NCBI RefSeq assembly: GCF_001186125.1
Contig: NW_014040195.1
Location: 12,286-61,674 of the forward strand
DNA from: Sphaeroforma arctica JP610
Lineage: Eukaryota
Length of the DNA stretch: 49,389 nucleotides
Direction: 5' to 3'
Below, piece by piece: positions 1-12,475 of this stretch (the first letter of the stretch is position 1; every line of letters starts with the position of its first letter). Below the pieces are notes generated by a model. It made no database searches. It saw only the letters and a list, made by a program, of their open reading frames with translations, and was not told the origin of the DNA. The translations under genes were made by a program, and so were the position numbers.

Positions 1-210
1 GTATATATGTATGTATATATAAATATATGTATGTATGTATATATGTATGTATGTATGTACATATGTATGCATGTTTGTATAAATGTATGTATGTATGTAT
101 GTTTGTTTGTATGTCTGTATGTATGTATTTATGTATGTATGTATGTATGTATATAAATATACTCATATATATATATATATATACGAACCTATTTATATCT
201 TTAATATATG

Positions 211-244
<34 letters not shown>

Positions 245-417
245 CATGTAGGCATATATGTATAAATGTATGTATGTAGGTATGTATGTATGTATGTATG
301 CATGTTTGTATAAATGTTTATATGTATGTATCTATGTATCTATGTATCTTTGTATGTATCTATGTATCTATGTATCTATGTATATTTGTATACATGTATA
401 TTTATATATGTCCATAC

Positions 418-467
<50 letters not shown>

Positions 468-486
468 TAAATATATATATATATAT

Positions 487-521
<35 letters not shown>

Positions 522-546
522 CGTACATATATATAAATATGTATGT

Positions 547-629
<83 letters not shown>

Positions 630-750
630 GTATATATAAATATATGTATATATATATATGTCTCTGTGTGTGTGTATGTGTGTGTATATAGAAATATATA
701 TGCATATATGTATATATATGTTTGTGTGTGTGTGTGTGTGTGTGTATGTG
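1..750. repeat. Compound microsatellite (TATG)n/(TA)n/(TG)n
   Basis: Directly visible; the ORFs called here are Y/I/V/C/M low-complexity artefacts. Confidence 0.97.
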
Positions 751-1219
751 TTAGAATCTCATCCTATGTATTTGCCGATATAGTACTAGATTATATCTCA
801 CCATGCTCGTCATATCCTACGGATCTGTTCTCCACCAGGTATTTGAGCGCATAGAGGTGATGGAAACCGGGTTGCTCAGGACTGGCGTTGGGGTACGGGG
901 TGGCCATGGTGGACAATTAGACAGGAACAAGGATTACAATCGAGTGACCCCTTCGCAAGAGATACCGAGCGACCTATTGGAGCTGTCCATGCCCAGGTGT
1001 GCTTGGCTGCTACAGCGTCTGTGTATTGTTTCTGATCTGCCTGAGGTATCCGTCACCGTGTACCACGTACCTACACAAGTTTGCGTGAGGTTTGTATAGG
1101 TTACTACACCGGTGTGTGGCATGTATCAAACTTCACGTCAGTGAAAGCCTGTGAGGCCTGGCGCTCAAAGTGAATTGTATCTGCTATATGGTTAGTGACG
1201 GGTGTTGTGTCAATGCCCT

Positions 1220-1800
1220 CCATTCGACTCGATTCTTATTTCAAAACCCTCTTGTCCTTTCTCATTTCTTTCTCATTCGACCCAATTCTTACACCAATAC
1301 CCTCTTGTCCTTTCTCATTTCTTTCCCATTCGATCCAATTCTTAAGCCAATACCCTCTTGTCCTTTCTCATTTCTTTCCCATTCGACCCAATTCTTACGC
1401 CAATACCTTCTTGTCCTTTCTCATTTCTTTCTCTTTCGACCCAATTCTTACGCCAATACCCGCTTGTCCTTTCCCATTTTATTCCCTCTCGATCCAGTTC
1501 TTACGCCAATACCCTCTTGTCCTTTCTCATTTCTTTCCCATTCAATCCAATTATTACGCCAGTGCCCTCTCTTATCCATTCCCATTTTCCCATTCGACCC
1601 AATTCTTACGCCAATACCCTCTTGTCCTTTCTCATTTCTTTCCCATTCGACCCAATTATTACGCCAGTAACCTCTTGTCCTTTCCCATTTTTTCCTTTCG
1701 ACCCAATTCTTGCGCCAATACCCTCTTGTCCTTTCCCATTTTTTTCCCATTCGACCCAATTCTTACGCCAATACCCTCTTGTCCTTTCTCATTTCTTTCT
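1220..1800. repeat. 53-bp minisatellite, about 11 copies
   Basis: Unit cattcgacccaattcttacgccaataccctcttgtcctttctcatttctttcc recurs at 1274, 1327, 1380 and onward (period 53). Confidence 0.95.
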
Positions 1801-1815
1801 CAATGCCTTGCACAG

Positions 1816-2227
1816 CACTCGCGTGGTGCGGATCATCCCAGACATATCAAAAAGCCATTCCTCGAACTCCATCCTAAACCAAAGTTCGGGTCAAGTTGGG
1901 GCTTCTTTCACTTCTGCTAAGCCGAATACCGGTGTGAGCCAGGATAAGCCTCGCGCAAACACCACTAACCCAGGCACAGCCAATTCGAGTGGCATTCGAA
2001 ATCTGCAATTCGGAGCGTCTACCACTACAGCCGACAGCCGGCGTGTGCCCATGAATGATACCAGCAACACCCGCAACAGTAGTAATAGAAGTAGTAGTAA
2101 TAGTAATAGTAATATTAATAGTGCGGATAATTACAACCACAACAATTTCGTAAATATGTATAGCCCCAAACCTCAAGAAGCCAAGTCGAAACAGGCGGCA
2201 CCCAACACGCCCTTGTTTATCAGGAGG
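1816..2227 (+). CDS. Probable internal exon, Ser/Asn-rich low-complexity protein of unknown identity
   Basis: Open frame (IIPDISKSHSSNSILNQ...KQAAPNTPLFIRR) between cag acceptor candidates (~1815, ~1842) and a gtatgt donor at 2228; no family recognised. Confidence 0.5.
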
Positions 2228-2228
2228 T

Positions 2229-2665
2229 ATGTGAATTGTCCAGTATATAGACATACTATCCGCTACTGTTGTACTGATTACTCTCTGTCATATACTTGTA
2301 CAAGCGTAGTACAGATGCAAGTTAAAGGTATAGCACATCTACATGTTAAAGGCGTAGTACAGATACAAGTGTATGTTTATCGATTATGGGGTGTGAACTG
2401 TCCAGTATATAGACATACTATCCGCCAGTATTGCACTCATGACTCTCTGTCATATACATGTATAAGCGTAGTACAGATCAATGTTGAAGGCGTTGTACAG
2501 ATACAAGTGCATGTTTATCGACTATTGTATGTGAACCGTCCAGTACATATGCATACTCTCCGCTAATATTTCACTGATGACTCTCTGTCACATATACATG
2601 TGTAAGCGTAGTATAGATACGCATGTTAAGAGTGTAATGCGGATACATGTGCATGTTTATAGATT
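2229..2665. repeat. Three imperfect ~140-160 bp tandem copies, intronic
   Basis: gtgaa(t/c)(t/c)gtccagta...catact...ctctctgtca recurs at ~2231, ~2393 and ~2531. Confidence 0.85.
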
Positions 2666-3289
2666 TTTAGTTCGTGAATAACCCTTCATCTTTCTTTCGA
2701 GGACAATCGTGAACGCTTTTAGAGTATGTTTTAATTGAAAAGCTCACATCATTTTGGTATAATCTCCCAAATTCCCTATTAGTTTGGGCCGTTCTTTGAT
2801 CGGCGGGTGTTTCGAGACCTACGAACCCGATTTTGCGCTGCAAGCCGTTCCAGAAAGAGACTTCCTGCCTATGTTTTGCCGTGATCTGTTGCTGACAGTA
2901 AAGGTACGCAAACACTTGTTTTAGACGGTTAGTTATATACGGTCTAAGCCAACCTGGTTATAGTGGTGGCGTGGATATACAGGGGTGACAGGAGTTAACA
3001 TACGATTCGTGTGTAATAGCAGTACATGGTGCAAGCAATGAAAATGATACCTATACATAGGCAGTTTCAGCACAAGCGTAGACGTGGGAAAGTAAATGGT
3101 AACGTTTAGGACTTTTGTCCAATCTAAGTCTGTCGAAGAGAACACACTCTACAGCCACAGACAGCTACAGCTCCGACAGAAATAACAATCTTATATATAT
3201 ATAATATATATATGTGTGTGTGTGTGTGTATGTATGTGTGTGTGTATATGTATATATATAGATATATATATATATGTGTGTGTGTGTGT

Positions 3290-3322
<33 letters not shown>

Positions 3323-3788
3323 ATGTATACATGTACTGCATTTGTGTGCAAGAGTGGATATGGATGCATATTCCTTCACATTTGTGTTAGGTGATAGCTT
3401 ATGGCTTGTAGTACTCCATACATTTGATGTAGTAGACCCACAAACTATCCGTCGGGAGTCAGTGTGTCCCAAAGAGATTGGTAGCACCGCGCACAGTCAC
3501 ACGTGTGTCATTTCGTGCCTCATTGACGGGTCAGATTGTATAGAACCCTTGTCAAAATATCGGCCTTTATTCATTTATTTTAATGGATATGCCAAATTCA
3601 TAGATGTGACATCCAGAAGGAAATGAATTATATCTTTAATATACTGACCCGTGGACAAGACAATTGATAAATGTTAGTCTCCGGGCGTACTGATTCGTAA
3701 ACCCTAAAATCCTAAAACCGAACAACTATATACCTACACACCACCGGATGACTCATCGTTCATTAATCGTTCTAAATATATATAACAG

Positions 3789-4057
3789 TCCCATAAACAA
3801 GACAATGGGAGACTTCATGTACCAAGGCGATCTGTGGCAGCTCGCAGACACGGCATGGGGGGAGACCCAGGGGATGGTGTACAAACGATTGTTCGGGTTT
3901 CTGGTTCTCCATTGGTTAGTAACTCCGGTAGGTATATTTGGGCTGTATATATACACACTGTTTAAGTTATATTTGGTATATATGCACTTGAAGTCATATT
4001 TGATATATATACCCTGGAAGTAATATTTAATATATATATATCTATATATACCTATTA

Positions 4058-4115
<58 letters not shown>

Positions 4116-4995
4116 TTAACTTATACTTAACTTGAACCTCATTTATACTTAATTTATATTTAATTTATACTGTTACTATATAATATTACACGTAGTCTCT
4201 AATACCTACGCCTCACCACTCACTATATATTGACTAGGTTTCTACTTGCCTATATACTATTATAACATAATAACATAAGTGGTCTCTAATCTCTATGTCT
4301 CACAAATTTGCGTATATATAATACCCCCCTTGATGTTTCACGTTTGGTACATATAAGTCCACAAAAATGCGGCTACCGTAATCAACTCACCCACATCTTT
4401 CACGTTCCCTTATCACAGATCTGTATAACGCTGCCAGCGCCAACCGGAGTCTATCTACCCCTCTTGGGCATGGGGGCGGCCATAGGTATGTAGTTTGTCA
4501 TTATCACACCATCACAGTCGAACTCACTGTTATGGGCTGTTGTATATATACGTTTGTTTGAGTATGTATATCCTATAGATTGGGTGCTATTGGCATTCTT
4601 TGAATGCTTTATGTATAGGTCGATAGTTCTGTTCTATTTATAGCTCTGTCCTTTATTTATCTATAGACTGGGTATTCTATGCTATTTATAGGTCGGTTGT
4701 TCTATTTATTTACGGTCGGTTGTTCTATTCTATTTATAGATCGGTTACTCTATTCTATTTATAGATCGGTTGCACTATTCTATTTATAGACCGGTTGCTC
4801 TATACTATTTATTGATCCGTTGCTCTATTCTATTTATAGATCTGTTGCTCTATTCTATTTATAGGTCGACTGTTCGGCGAACTGATCCATACGAAGTTCC
4901 CCAGCATACACCGTGGAGGTTACGCTGTTGTAGGTGCTGCCGCAATGGGCGGCGGAGGCACACGCACCATATCATCTGCGATGGTGCTCTGTGAG
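3789..4995 (+). CDS. CLC-family voltage-gated chloride channel/transporter, partial (exons 3789-3927, 4419-4485, 4865-4995)
   Basis: Exons join in phase via GT-AG introns to give ...VLHWLVTPICITLPAPTGVYLPLLGMGAAIGRLFGELIHTKFPSIHRGGYAVVGAAAMGGGGTRTISSAMVLCE, matching CLC motifs (PxGxFxP, GAAxGRLxGE, YAVVGAAA, T-S-A---E). Both ends of the gene are missing. Confidence 0.88.
4615..4864. repeat. ~25-bp minisatellite in a CLC intron, ending at the splice acceptor
   Basis: Unit approximately tagatcggttgctctattctattta, about 9-10 degenerate copies. Confidence 0.85.
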
Positions 4996-5074
4996 GTATG
5001 CAAATGTATACATCTGTTGTTGCGTAGCTATCTACGTTGCTCGCTAAGGATATTAACTACGTGGTCATAGTTTA

Positions 5075-5094
5075 NNNNNNNNNNNNNNNNNNNN
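5075..5094. other. Assembly gap (20 N)
   Basis: Run of N. Confidence 1.
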
Positions 5095-5324
5095 CGTATG
5101 TATGTATGTATGTATATGTGTGTATGTATGTATTTATATATATATTATATTTATTATAAATATATATATATATAAATATGTATGTGTCTGTGTTTGTGTC
5201 TGTGTCTGTGTCTGTCTGTGTCTGTGTCTGTCTGTGTATATATAGTATATATATATATATATATAGTATGCTCACGCGTGTACAACTGCATTGTTTAATT
5301 GATTCCTATTATGCCTACCGTCAG

Positions 5325-8019
5325 GATTCTGTGATTGAAGAACCGGTGAGCCATGCCGTGGGAGTTATAGCCGACTCCAAATCATACGAGGTCACAGTCC
5401 TGTCCACCAGACCGGACCTTGACGTTGACCCGCATCTACTGTCGTATGTATCATGTTTTCTCGTATGTAACATCTCCTTTCGTATGTATCATGTTTTCTC
5501 GTATATAACATCTACTGTCGTATGTATCATGTTTTCTCGTATATAACATCTCCTTTCGTATGTATCAAGTTTTCTCGTATATAACATCTCCTCTCGTATG
5601 TATCATGTTTTCTCGTATATAACATCTACTGTCGTATGTATCATGTTTTCTCGTATATAACATCTACTGTCGTATGTATCATGTTTCTCGTATATAACAT
5701 CTACTGTCGTATGTATCAAGTTTTCTCGTATATAACATCTCCTCTCGTATGTATCAAGTTTTCTCGTATATAACATCTCCTCTCGTATGTATCATGTTTT
5801 CTCGTATATAACATCTACTGTCGTATGTATCATGTTTTCTCGTATATAACATCTACTGTCGTATGTATCATGTTTTCTCGTATATAACATCTACTGTCGT
5901 ATGTATCATGTTTTCTCGTATATAACATCTCCTTTCGTATGTATCAAGTTTTCTCGTATATAACATCTCCTCTCGTATGTATCATGTTTTCTCGTATATA
6001 ACATCTACTGTCGTATGTATCATGTTTTCTCGTATATAACATCTACTGTCGTATGTATCATGTTTTCTCGTATATAACATCTACTGTCGTATGTATCATG
6101 TTTTCTCGTATATAACATCTACTGTCGTATGTATCATGTTTTCTCGTATGTAACATCTCCTCTCGTATGTAACGATCCTGTAATGGTTGACTATGGCCGA
6201 GTGGGATAATGGAGTGCAACAGCCCATTGAGCTTCCCTTGTCTCTTTTGAATATCTTATTTGCTCAGTGGCACCGGTCTGCAACGCAATTGCACGGCCTG
6301 ACGTCTTCTGAGAATTAAACATCGTTATACATCGCATTACTTTGCGTTGCAAGTATGTATGGCCTGTCGGGTTGTCTCGTCTTGAGGGGGAATGATCTAG
6401 CAGATTCCCACGCATACTATCTGCAGTGTCGCTCTCACTCTATTTATAACTTAATCTCTCCCTTGATACTTCTTCCAGTTCAGCATTTACGCGCATATGG
6501 TGGCTATGCTGCCATAGTGGACGTGTACCATAGTCATACCTGTCGGATTTTAAAGTGAACATGCACGTTCAAATCGTGTATACATACATATGTTTCTAAC
6601 TATCGGTAGACCTGCCCTAATACATAAACGGTCGCCGTATGGTATAGATGCCCCGTATTACCTGGCAAGTATCAAGTACCGGTTGCTGCCTATTATTGCT
6701 GAACTCTTTCTACATGCAACATGCGTCCCATGTAGAGATGTGGAGGTTGCCTCGCACATAGACACGACCACGGCAAAGCCCTCAGCGCTGATTACGTTCA
6801 TGCTGCAAGCGGTTACAGACATGTGGAACCTAGGCTTGCCTTCAGAAACCGTATGTATAAACCCAGTTAATGTGTGCAGTAAGTGGACCCGTATTTGAAT
6901 GTATGTGAATGTGTGTGAATTCTACCGATCAAGCGATAGCAGATATGTTTGCGATTTCAAAAACTAAACTCAGATTAGCGTATATGTGGTTGTGTGACTA
7001 AGGTGAGTAGACGTATTTTTAAGTGTGACTAAAGGATGTAATTATTTCGATGTATACATATACAAATTTATGACTACTTGTACAGTGCAATTATACAGTG
7101 TGTGTGGACAGTTATATGATAATAAAAGGTACTGTGGGAGTACTATTTATCGGTGCATATGCTGCGTATGCTGCGTATATCATAGTGATAACCTCTCGCA
7201 TTGAGTGCATATTCACACATATGAACCTGTTGTCAGACATCGAGTTGATCTGAATCAGTGACACATCGAAAGCGTATACGGCTCTTTCACTCAACCCTCA
7301 GCAACCACGTTCTAAAGAAAGTGTACCAGTCTTACTGCTGATCTGATTCTTCGACGCAATCCAACCTGTCTTACAGTGCTTGTGGCACCTCGAGGACCAT
7401 TTGCAGAACGTTTATTTCAAGAGCAAGGTACTGGCAGAGGTCATGGCCGATCTCAAGGCCCAGGGCCAACCCATCACAAAAGCCAGCTTAGCTACAGCCA
7501 TCGGGTGTGTCATATGTGGCATTAGGCACCATGTACATATTCACATATAAATATACATTTGTGTTATTTCGCTACAGCAACATATGCATGCTGGTGTACA
7601 AGTATTGTGGCAGTTACAGACATGCACTCCACAAGGTTATTCACCACATAACGTAGATATGCTTCCCCGCGAAAAAAAAAATTTACCCAGACCGAATTCT
7701 CACTGTATGTCAGTTTTTATGCGCACTCAACTACTACACTCCAGACCATACGGAATAAGACCCACTCACTGTATATACCGGCACACTCCATGTCACCTTC
7801 GGACGCAACCATATAGTCATGCATGATCCTATGCTTATCATTTATGCTGTTCTCTTATGTGCCTTCGTGGGTTCACATATGGCCGGTTGGTCAAATGATT
7901 TCGGTGCCTGATACTAATGAGACATAATCTGTCCCTCCAACCACAGAGTGGATGCGACTGATATCGCGCTTCTCCTCACAGTGATGGATACCTACATAAA
8001 TAATTCACCCGCTCGGTAG
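5325..8019 (+). CDS. FNIP: Folliculin-interacting protein (FNIP1/2-like), C-terminal part (exons 5325-5443, 6736-6850, 7377-7504, 7947-8019)
   Basis: In-phase spliced product DSVIEEPVSHAVGVIADSKSYEVTV...KPSALITFMLQAVTDMWNLGLPSETCLWHLEDHLQNVYFKSKVLAEVM...AIGVDATDIALLLTVMDTYINNSPAR* matches the FNIP C-terminal domain as recalled (LDEPIAEAVCIIAD; HLEDRLQELYFKSK; SDLPLL). Confidence 0.88.
5433..6170. repeat. 38-bp minisatellite, about 19 copies, starting inside an FNIP exon
   Basis: Unit catctactgtcgtatgtatcatgttttctcgtatataa at 5433, 5471, 5509 and onward. Confidence 0.96.
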
Positions 8020-8538
8020 CGGCGCTTACCGACGGCTATTATAGTCGGCACTTATATCTGCTGACAAGATGTGTAAATAGTGGACTTCAGGTGAAACTTA
8101 CAGAGTACCATGGTGCAGAGTATAATAAACAAGCAACTAACTCTGTTGGGTTCAAATGAGCTGTCAGGGTTTTTGAGGGCATGGATCAAACACAATTGCT
8201 ATGAGACTTGTCGAGAAGCAACTTACCATATTAGAGATATATATTATCTTACTATTCCATAACTTGTATAAGATAGTGAATCTATCTTGTTGGCCGTTTT
8301 ATTGCGTGCTCCTACGACTGCGACAGTATACGTGCGTCCTTAGGGTATTGTGCTGTGTCTGTGGCTACTACATCACCTGTGTTATGTAAATCTAATATGT
8401 TGCGTCGTAGATTTCATTTTGGGCTGGCTCATAGTCGTAGACGACCTGGATATGCAAAGGCAATATTGGCAACCTGTGCGGCAAGTATTGCGACAGTGGC
8501 AAACTTCATGGTGGGTATATAAAGGTAGTAGTAGATTG

Positions 8539-11200
8539 TTAATGAAATAGTATTGTGATGAATGACACCAGTAACTCCTTCATCGGTGTAGCATAATTCT
8601 GTTGCGCCTGATTCAGGGTTTTACTGTAGAATATAAGGTAGTGTTTCTTCGAGTTCACCCATTGAAATAGCGCTCCCCGCAAACCGTAGTCACCAGCATC
8701 GGTTTCTAGATTCAGCGGAACGTAATCCACCGGGAAGTTCAGAGCTACTGTGTTCACGATCGCGTCCTTCATAGCCACCCAGGCTGCTGTATGTCTGTCT
8801 TCTAATCGGTCCCCGATTGGTTCGTTGGGTTTCAACTTACAGAATTCCCTTAACGGTGTCACAATGTGGGCGAAGTTCGGTAGATGTTCGTAAAGAAAAT
8901 TCGCAAGTCCTAGTGCCGAAGCAATGTCCTTGTAGCGTTGCGGCATCGGCCAATCTAACAACTTAGCTTGCTTTTCATGGTCGACATCGATTCCTTGGGC
9001 CGATACTTTCTTCTCGAGGATCATAATTTCTGCTATCGCAAAATGGCACTTCGCTGCATTTAGCTTGAAACTATGGTAAGTCAACCGTCGGATCACCTCT
9101 TTCGTAATACGTATGTGTTCCTCGAAGTCATCCCCTACTATCACGATGTCGTCTATGTATTGATGGACCGGCATCCGTCCAGAATCGTGCTGAGAGTTCT
9201 CTGAAACGGTTGAGTCAGCACATGGAGCCCAAAAGGTGCTCAGGTAAACGAGAATTGATAGCGATCATGCGTGAAGCTAAACAAATACTGGGAATCGAGA
9301 TGGATTGTGAGCCGGTGGTAAGCAGCCGAGATGTCTAACGTCGTGTAGCCTCGCTGTCAAAAGTGGGGACAGCTAACAACGGCAAATTCACTGTCGTAGG
9401 AGTAGTCCGGTTAACAATCACCTAGTCCTAGAACCATTTCTGCACCTGCTCCTCGACATATGGAAGCCATCCGTCCGACACAAAATTCTGAATAGATCGT
9501 CGCATACTCATCGCTTGGTCCCTCGTGACCGGAATAGCCACTTTACTACCTGCAAGGCGACAACGGGCGTTGTCGGCAATTGCCGCGTTATCATCGAGTT
9601 CTGACTGCAGGCGATCCCGTACCCCGGCAGGTTCCGTAGTATTTGGGGCCTGGCGACGTGGAAGAGGTGTCAATAACTCGTCTAGTTCCGTAGGATCAAT
9701 TGGTACCAGAGGGGATTGTATGCCTCCCAAGTATAAACCCAATCCAGGCATAATATCCAGACCTAATATCATATCAATACCCTCCGGTAAATTCATCAAC
9801 TCTAATGATCCCTGAGTAATCTCAGTCCCATATCGAATTGGTAAGATCTCCGTCGTGCCCAGGCGCGGGGTACGCACCGCCTTATCTGCCAAATATATAT
9901 ACGTCCCCGGTGGTGCTGGGGTGACGGGCCGGTTAAGAAGATCTGCGGATGCCGTTGAGATGCAACTTATGTTCGCCCCGGTATCAACTAGTGCCCGGAA
10001 CGTACGTCCGTTCAACTGTAACTGAATATAAACCCTATTATCTGGTTAATAAAATTGGCGCGGATGGCTAATACCCTACTCGAAGAGTCACTATACGTTA
10101 CAGTCAAATCTTCGTCCGACACCCTGATGTCCTATTGCTGTGATTCTGTTGACGACCAATAGTCCCTGTTCGGCTGTGAGGTTATCGACTCTGGTGTCCC
10201 GTACTCACTATGAAGGATAGGATTGATATAGACCTCTGTAGCATTCGGTAGTGGTGTGATGCTTCCCTCTTCCGAAACCATATTATTCTGCGGACCCCCC
10301 CCCCGACGCCGTGCTAGATGATCTGTCTGTTGTCGTCTGTGTTGTCCCCGACGACTGCAGTCCTGTGCCTCTCGCGGTCCTCTCGTCTGATCTATTGGGC
10401 GTCCCCTATTGCTCATGGTATCGGATTGGGAATGAATATTGTTCCGATAATTATGACAACGTGGGATATGTCGTAAGCCGGGAGGTGCCTGTGCCTGACA
10501 CCCGGAGCACACCGTGACCTGTGATGGTACCTGTGGTCTATGTTACCAAATCTCTTGTTGCCGCTGGGCAGTCTGCAGATTCGGACGACTATTCGTGGGT
10601 TCAGAACGTGACGTCTCACCCCCGTGCGGCCATCGATTCGCTAGACGAGCCGTTGTACGGAGCTGTGCTTCTTGTATATCCGGACTTAGTAATTGGAGCA
10701 ATGCATGTGTTTCCAAAACTACAACGTGCGTTCATATGTCCGTACCCCTAGACAATCCTATAGTAACTGTACAATACAGTGGTTAAGTAGACTCTGCTTG
10801 AAGTCTGCATCATTCTGACTACGTTCGTGCGCACGACGGTGGTTCTCCATTAGGTATGTCATCCGTTCCATGATGGGGACATTCGTCAGTTTGATGTGGC
10901 CTTTAGCTAGTTTCCGGAATGTCAGATCTACCGTTGCCTGAGTTTCATGTGCACAAATCTGGGTGATCTGCAACTCTGGTTTCCAATCAACCAATCTATT
11001 GTGGCTAGACTTTATATACTCTAGTGTCGACTGTTCGGCCTTAAAATGATTTAGTACATTGTAGAACCAGCGTAGACTCCTAATATATGTGCATTCTTCC
11101 ACGTTTCCAACAGTGCCCCCTTCGTATCCCTTTCTATGATATTGCTCAGGTTGTATCTGTTGGATGGCCACTCCGGCCAACTCCGAGGCTCCCTAGGTTC
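8539..11200 (-). mobile_element. Degenerate Ty3/Gypsy retrotransposon 1 (gag-like, protease, RT, partial RNase H; 3'-truncated, no integrase)
   Basis: Protease ALVDTGANISCIS (ORF 10015-9428); frameshifted RT with APFGL and YIDDIVI; RNase H LETDAGDYGLRGAL...YSKTLNQAQQNYATPMKELL, which then breaks off; stops and frameshifts throughout. The 5' boundary is approximate. Confidence 0.9.
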
Positions 11201-11222
11201 CTTCTTGCCCATTGGTCGCGAC

Positions 11223-12475
11223 TCATGTGTGGCGCGCAAGGTTTCTAATACTCCCCGTAGTGCTTCGGCTCTCATCGACGGTATGTACTTCGCTCTCAAC
11301 AGGTTGTTGTGTTGACGATGAAGTTATTTGTAGTTGTTCTGGGTTGCTCGACTGGTGCGTCACAGTTGGCTGGGCTTGTTGGCTAAGCATCACTTCCGTT
11401 GTCGATGTTGTCCTTGCGTCTGTTTGGAAATCACCATTCTCGATTTGGAGGAATGTACTATTGTTCGTAGTGTCAGGTGTTGCGATAGCGGTTGTACATT
11501 TGTTGTCATCCCAGACAAAGAATTCATCTTCGAAAATATAGACGTCTCGGCTTTGTATTGTACGCTTGGTCAGAAATGAGTATATACGATACGAGTCCGG
11601 TGTTGTGTCCAAGGGTTGCGCAAGAAGAATGCCATCCAGTGCTTTGTCGTCGAGTTTGCCGTCTGGATCATGGTTCATGCGCACCGTGCACAATGGTTGA
11701 TGGATCACTTTCATCTGAATCTAATGCGATGAGATACGTGGTGAGCTCATCATACGACATGGCCATCATAGCGGGTGTCTTTTAAGGTAATCTTAACAGT
11801 CTGATTATCGTCGTTTACAGCCTGCCGTAGAATAGCGCATAGGCTGTTGTTAGACTTCGTACCTCCGGCGTTTTTGAATTTCACATATGCCGTGTTGAGA
11901 CGACTGATAAGGCTGGCGTAAGATTCGTTCCGTTCTTGCGTGATGCGGTTCAGGTTTCCTTCTAATGTCTGGATATCATCTTCGGCTAGGGCTACTAACT
12001 TGCGTTTCAGTGCGGCAAAAGCTTCCCACGGCTTATCAATGAATTGGCTGATCTCCGTCTGCAGCAGTGGAGATAAGGTGCGGTCGATAATCCGATAAGC
12101 CTCAGTGATTTCCTTGGGTGTCCATCGGTTGCCTCTAGACGGGGTCGGATCGGTCAATATTGTTGGGATTCCTTCACAATTCACGGATAGAATTGTCTGG
12201 GTTTTCCAAGGAAGCCAGTCAACCTTCGATTCGAGAATAGGGTGGTCTTAATATCCTTAGAGTTCACAGTAGGCATATTGATAGCGCGAGATCAGAGTGA
12301 CCTGATAAGTTGATAGAGTGCAATGTAGTATACTTTAAATAAAGTGCAAATGTATTTATTTATTTTTGACCTCACCTTTGGTTTTATACCCAAGGTGTTT
12401 GTGCTAGTGTTCAGCCGCTTGGGCTGGCCAGGGTAAAATTTCATATGGCCAGTATGAGAAACCTTATGCGTAACA
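11223..12475 (-). mobile_element. Internally deleted Ty1/Copia element (putative LTR, gag, post-integrase SH3 region)
   Basis: Gag-like DWLPWK...KPWEAFAALKRK...QERNESYASLISRL (12184-11750) directly followed by the Copia post-integrase motif KLDDKALDGILL...YRIY...SRDVYIFED (11714-11223); protease, integrase core and RT are absent. Confidence 0.82.
12303..12475 (-). repeat. Putative short 5' LTR of the Copia element
   Basis: On the minus strand it begins TGTTAC (12475), contains TATAAAA and AATAAA, and ends near ...TATCA just upstream of the gag ATG; no second copy is present to confirm it. Confidence 0.45.

Noticed and set aside
27..854. Many Y/I/C/V/H/T-rich ORFs here and in other microsatellite tracts
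   Set aside because: They are translations of dinucleotide/tetranucleotide repeats, not genes.
839..995. Possible exons at 839-995, 3392-3481 and 25807-26036
   Set aside because: Open frames with plausible splice sites, but no recognisable family and no convincing join to neighbouring exons.
1220..1800. Regular repeat arrays (also 5433-6170, 47750-48500, 49141-49389) as CRISPR arrays
   Set aside because: Units are head-to-tail with no unique spacers, there are no cas genes, and the context is eukaryotic introns.
3699..3719. Telomere-like aaaccctaaaatcctaaaacc
   Set aside because: Only about 2-3 imperfect units; not distinguishable from chance.
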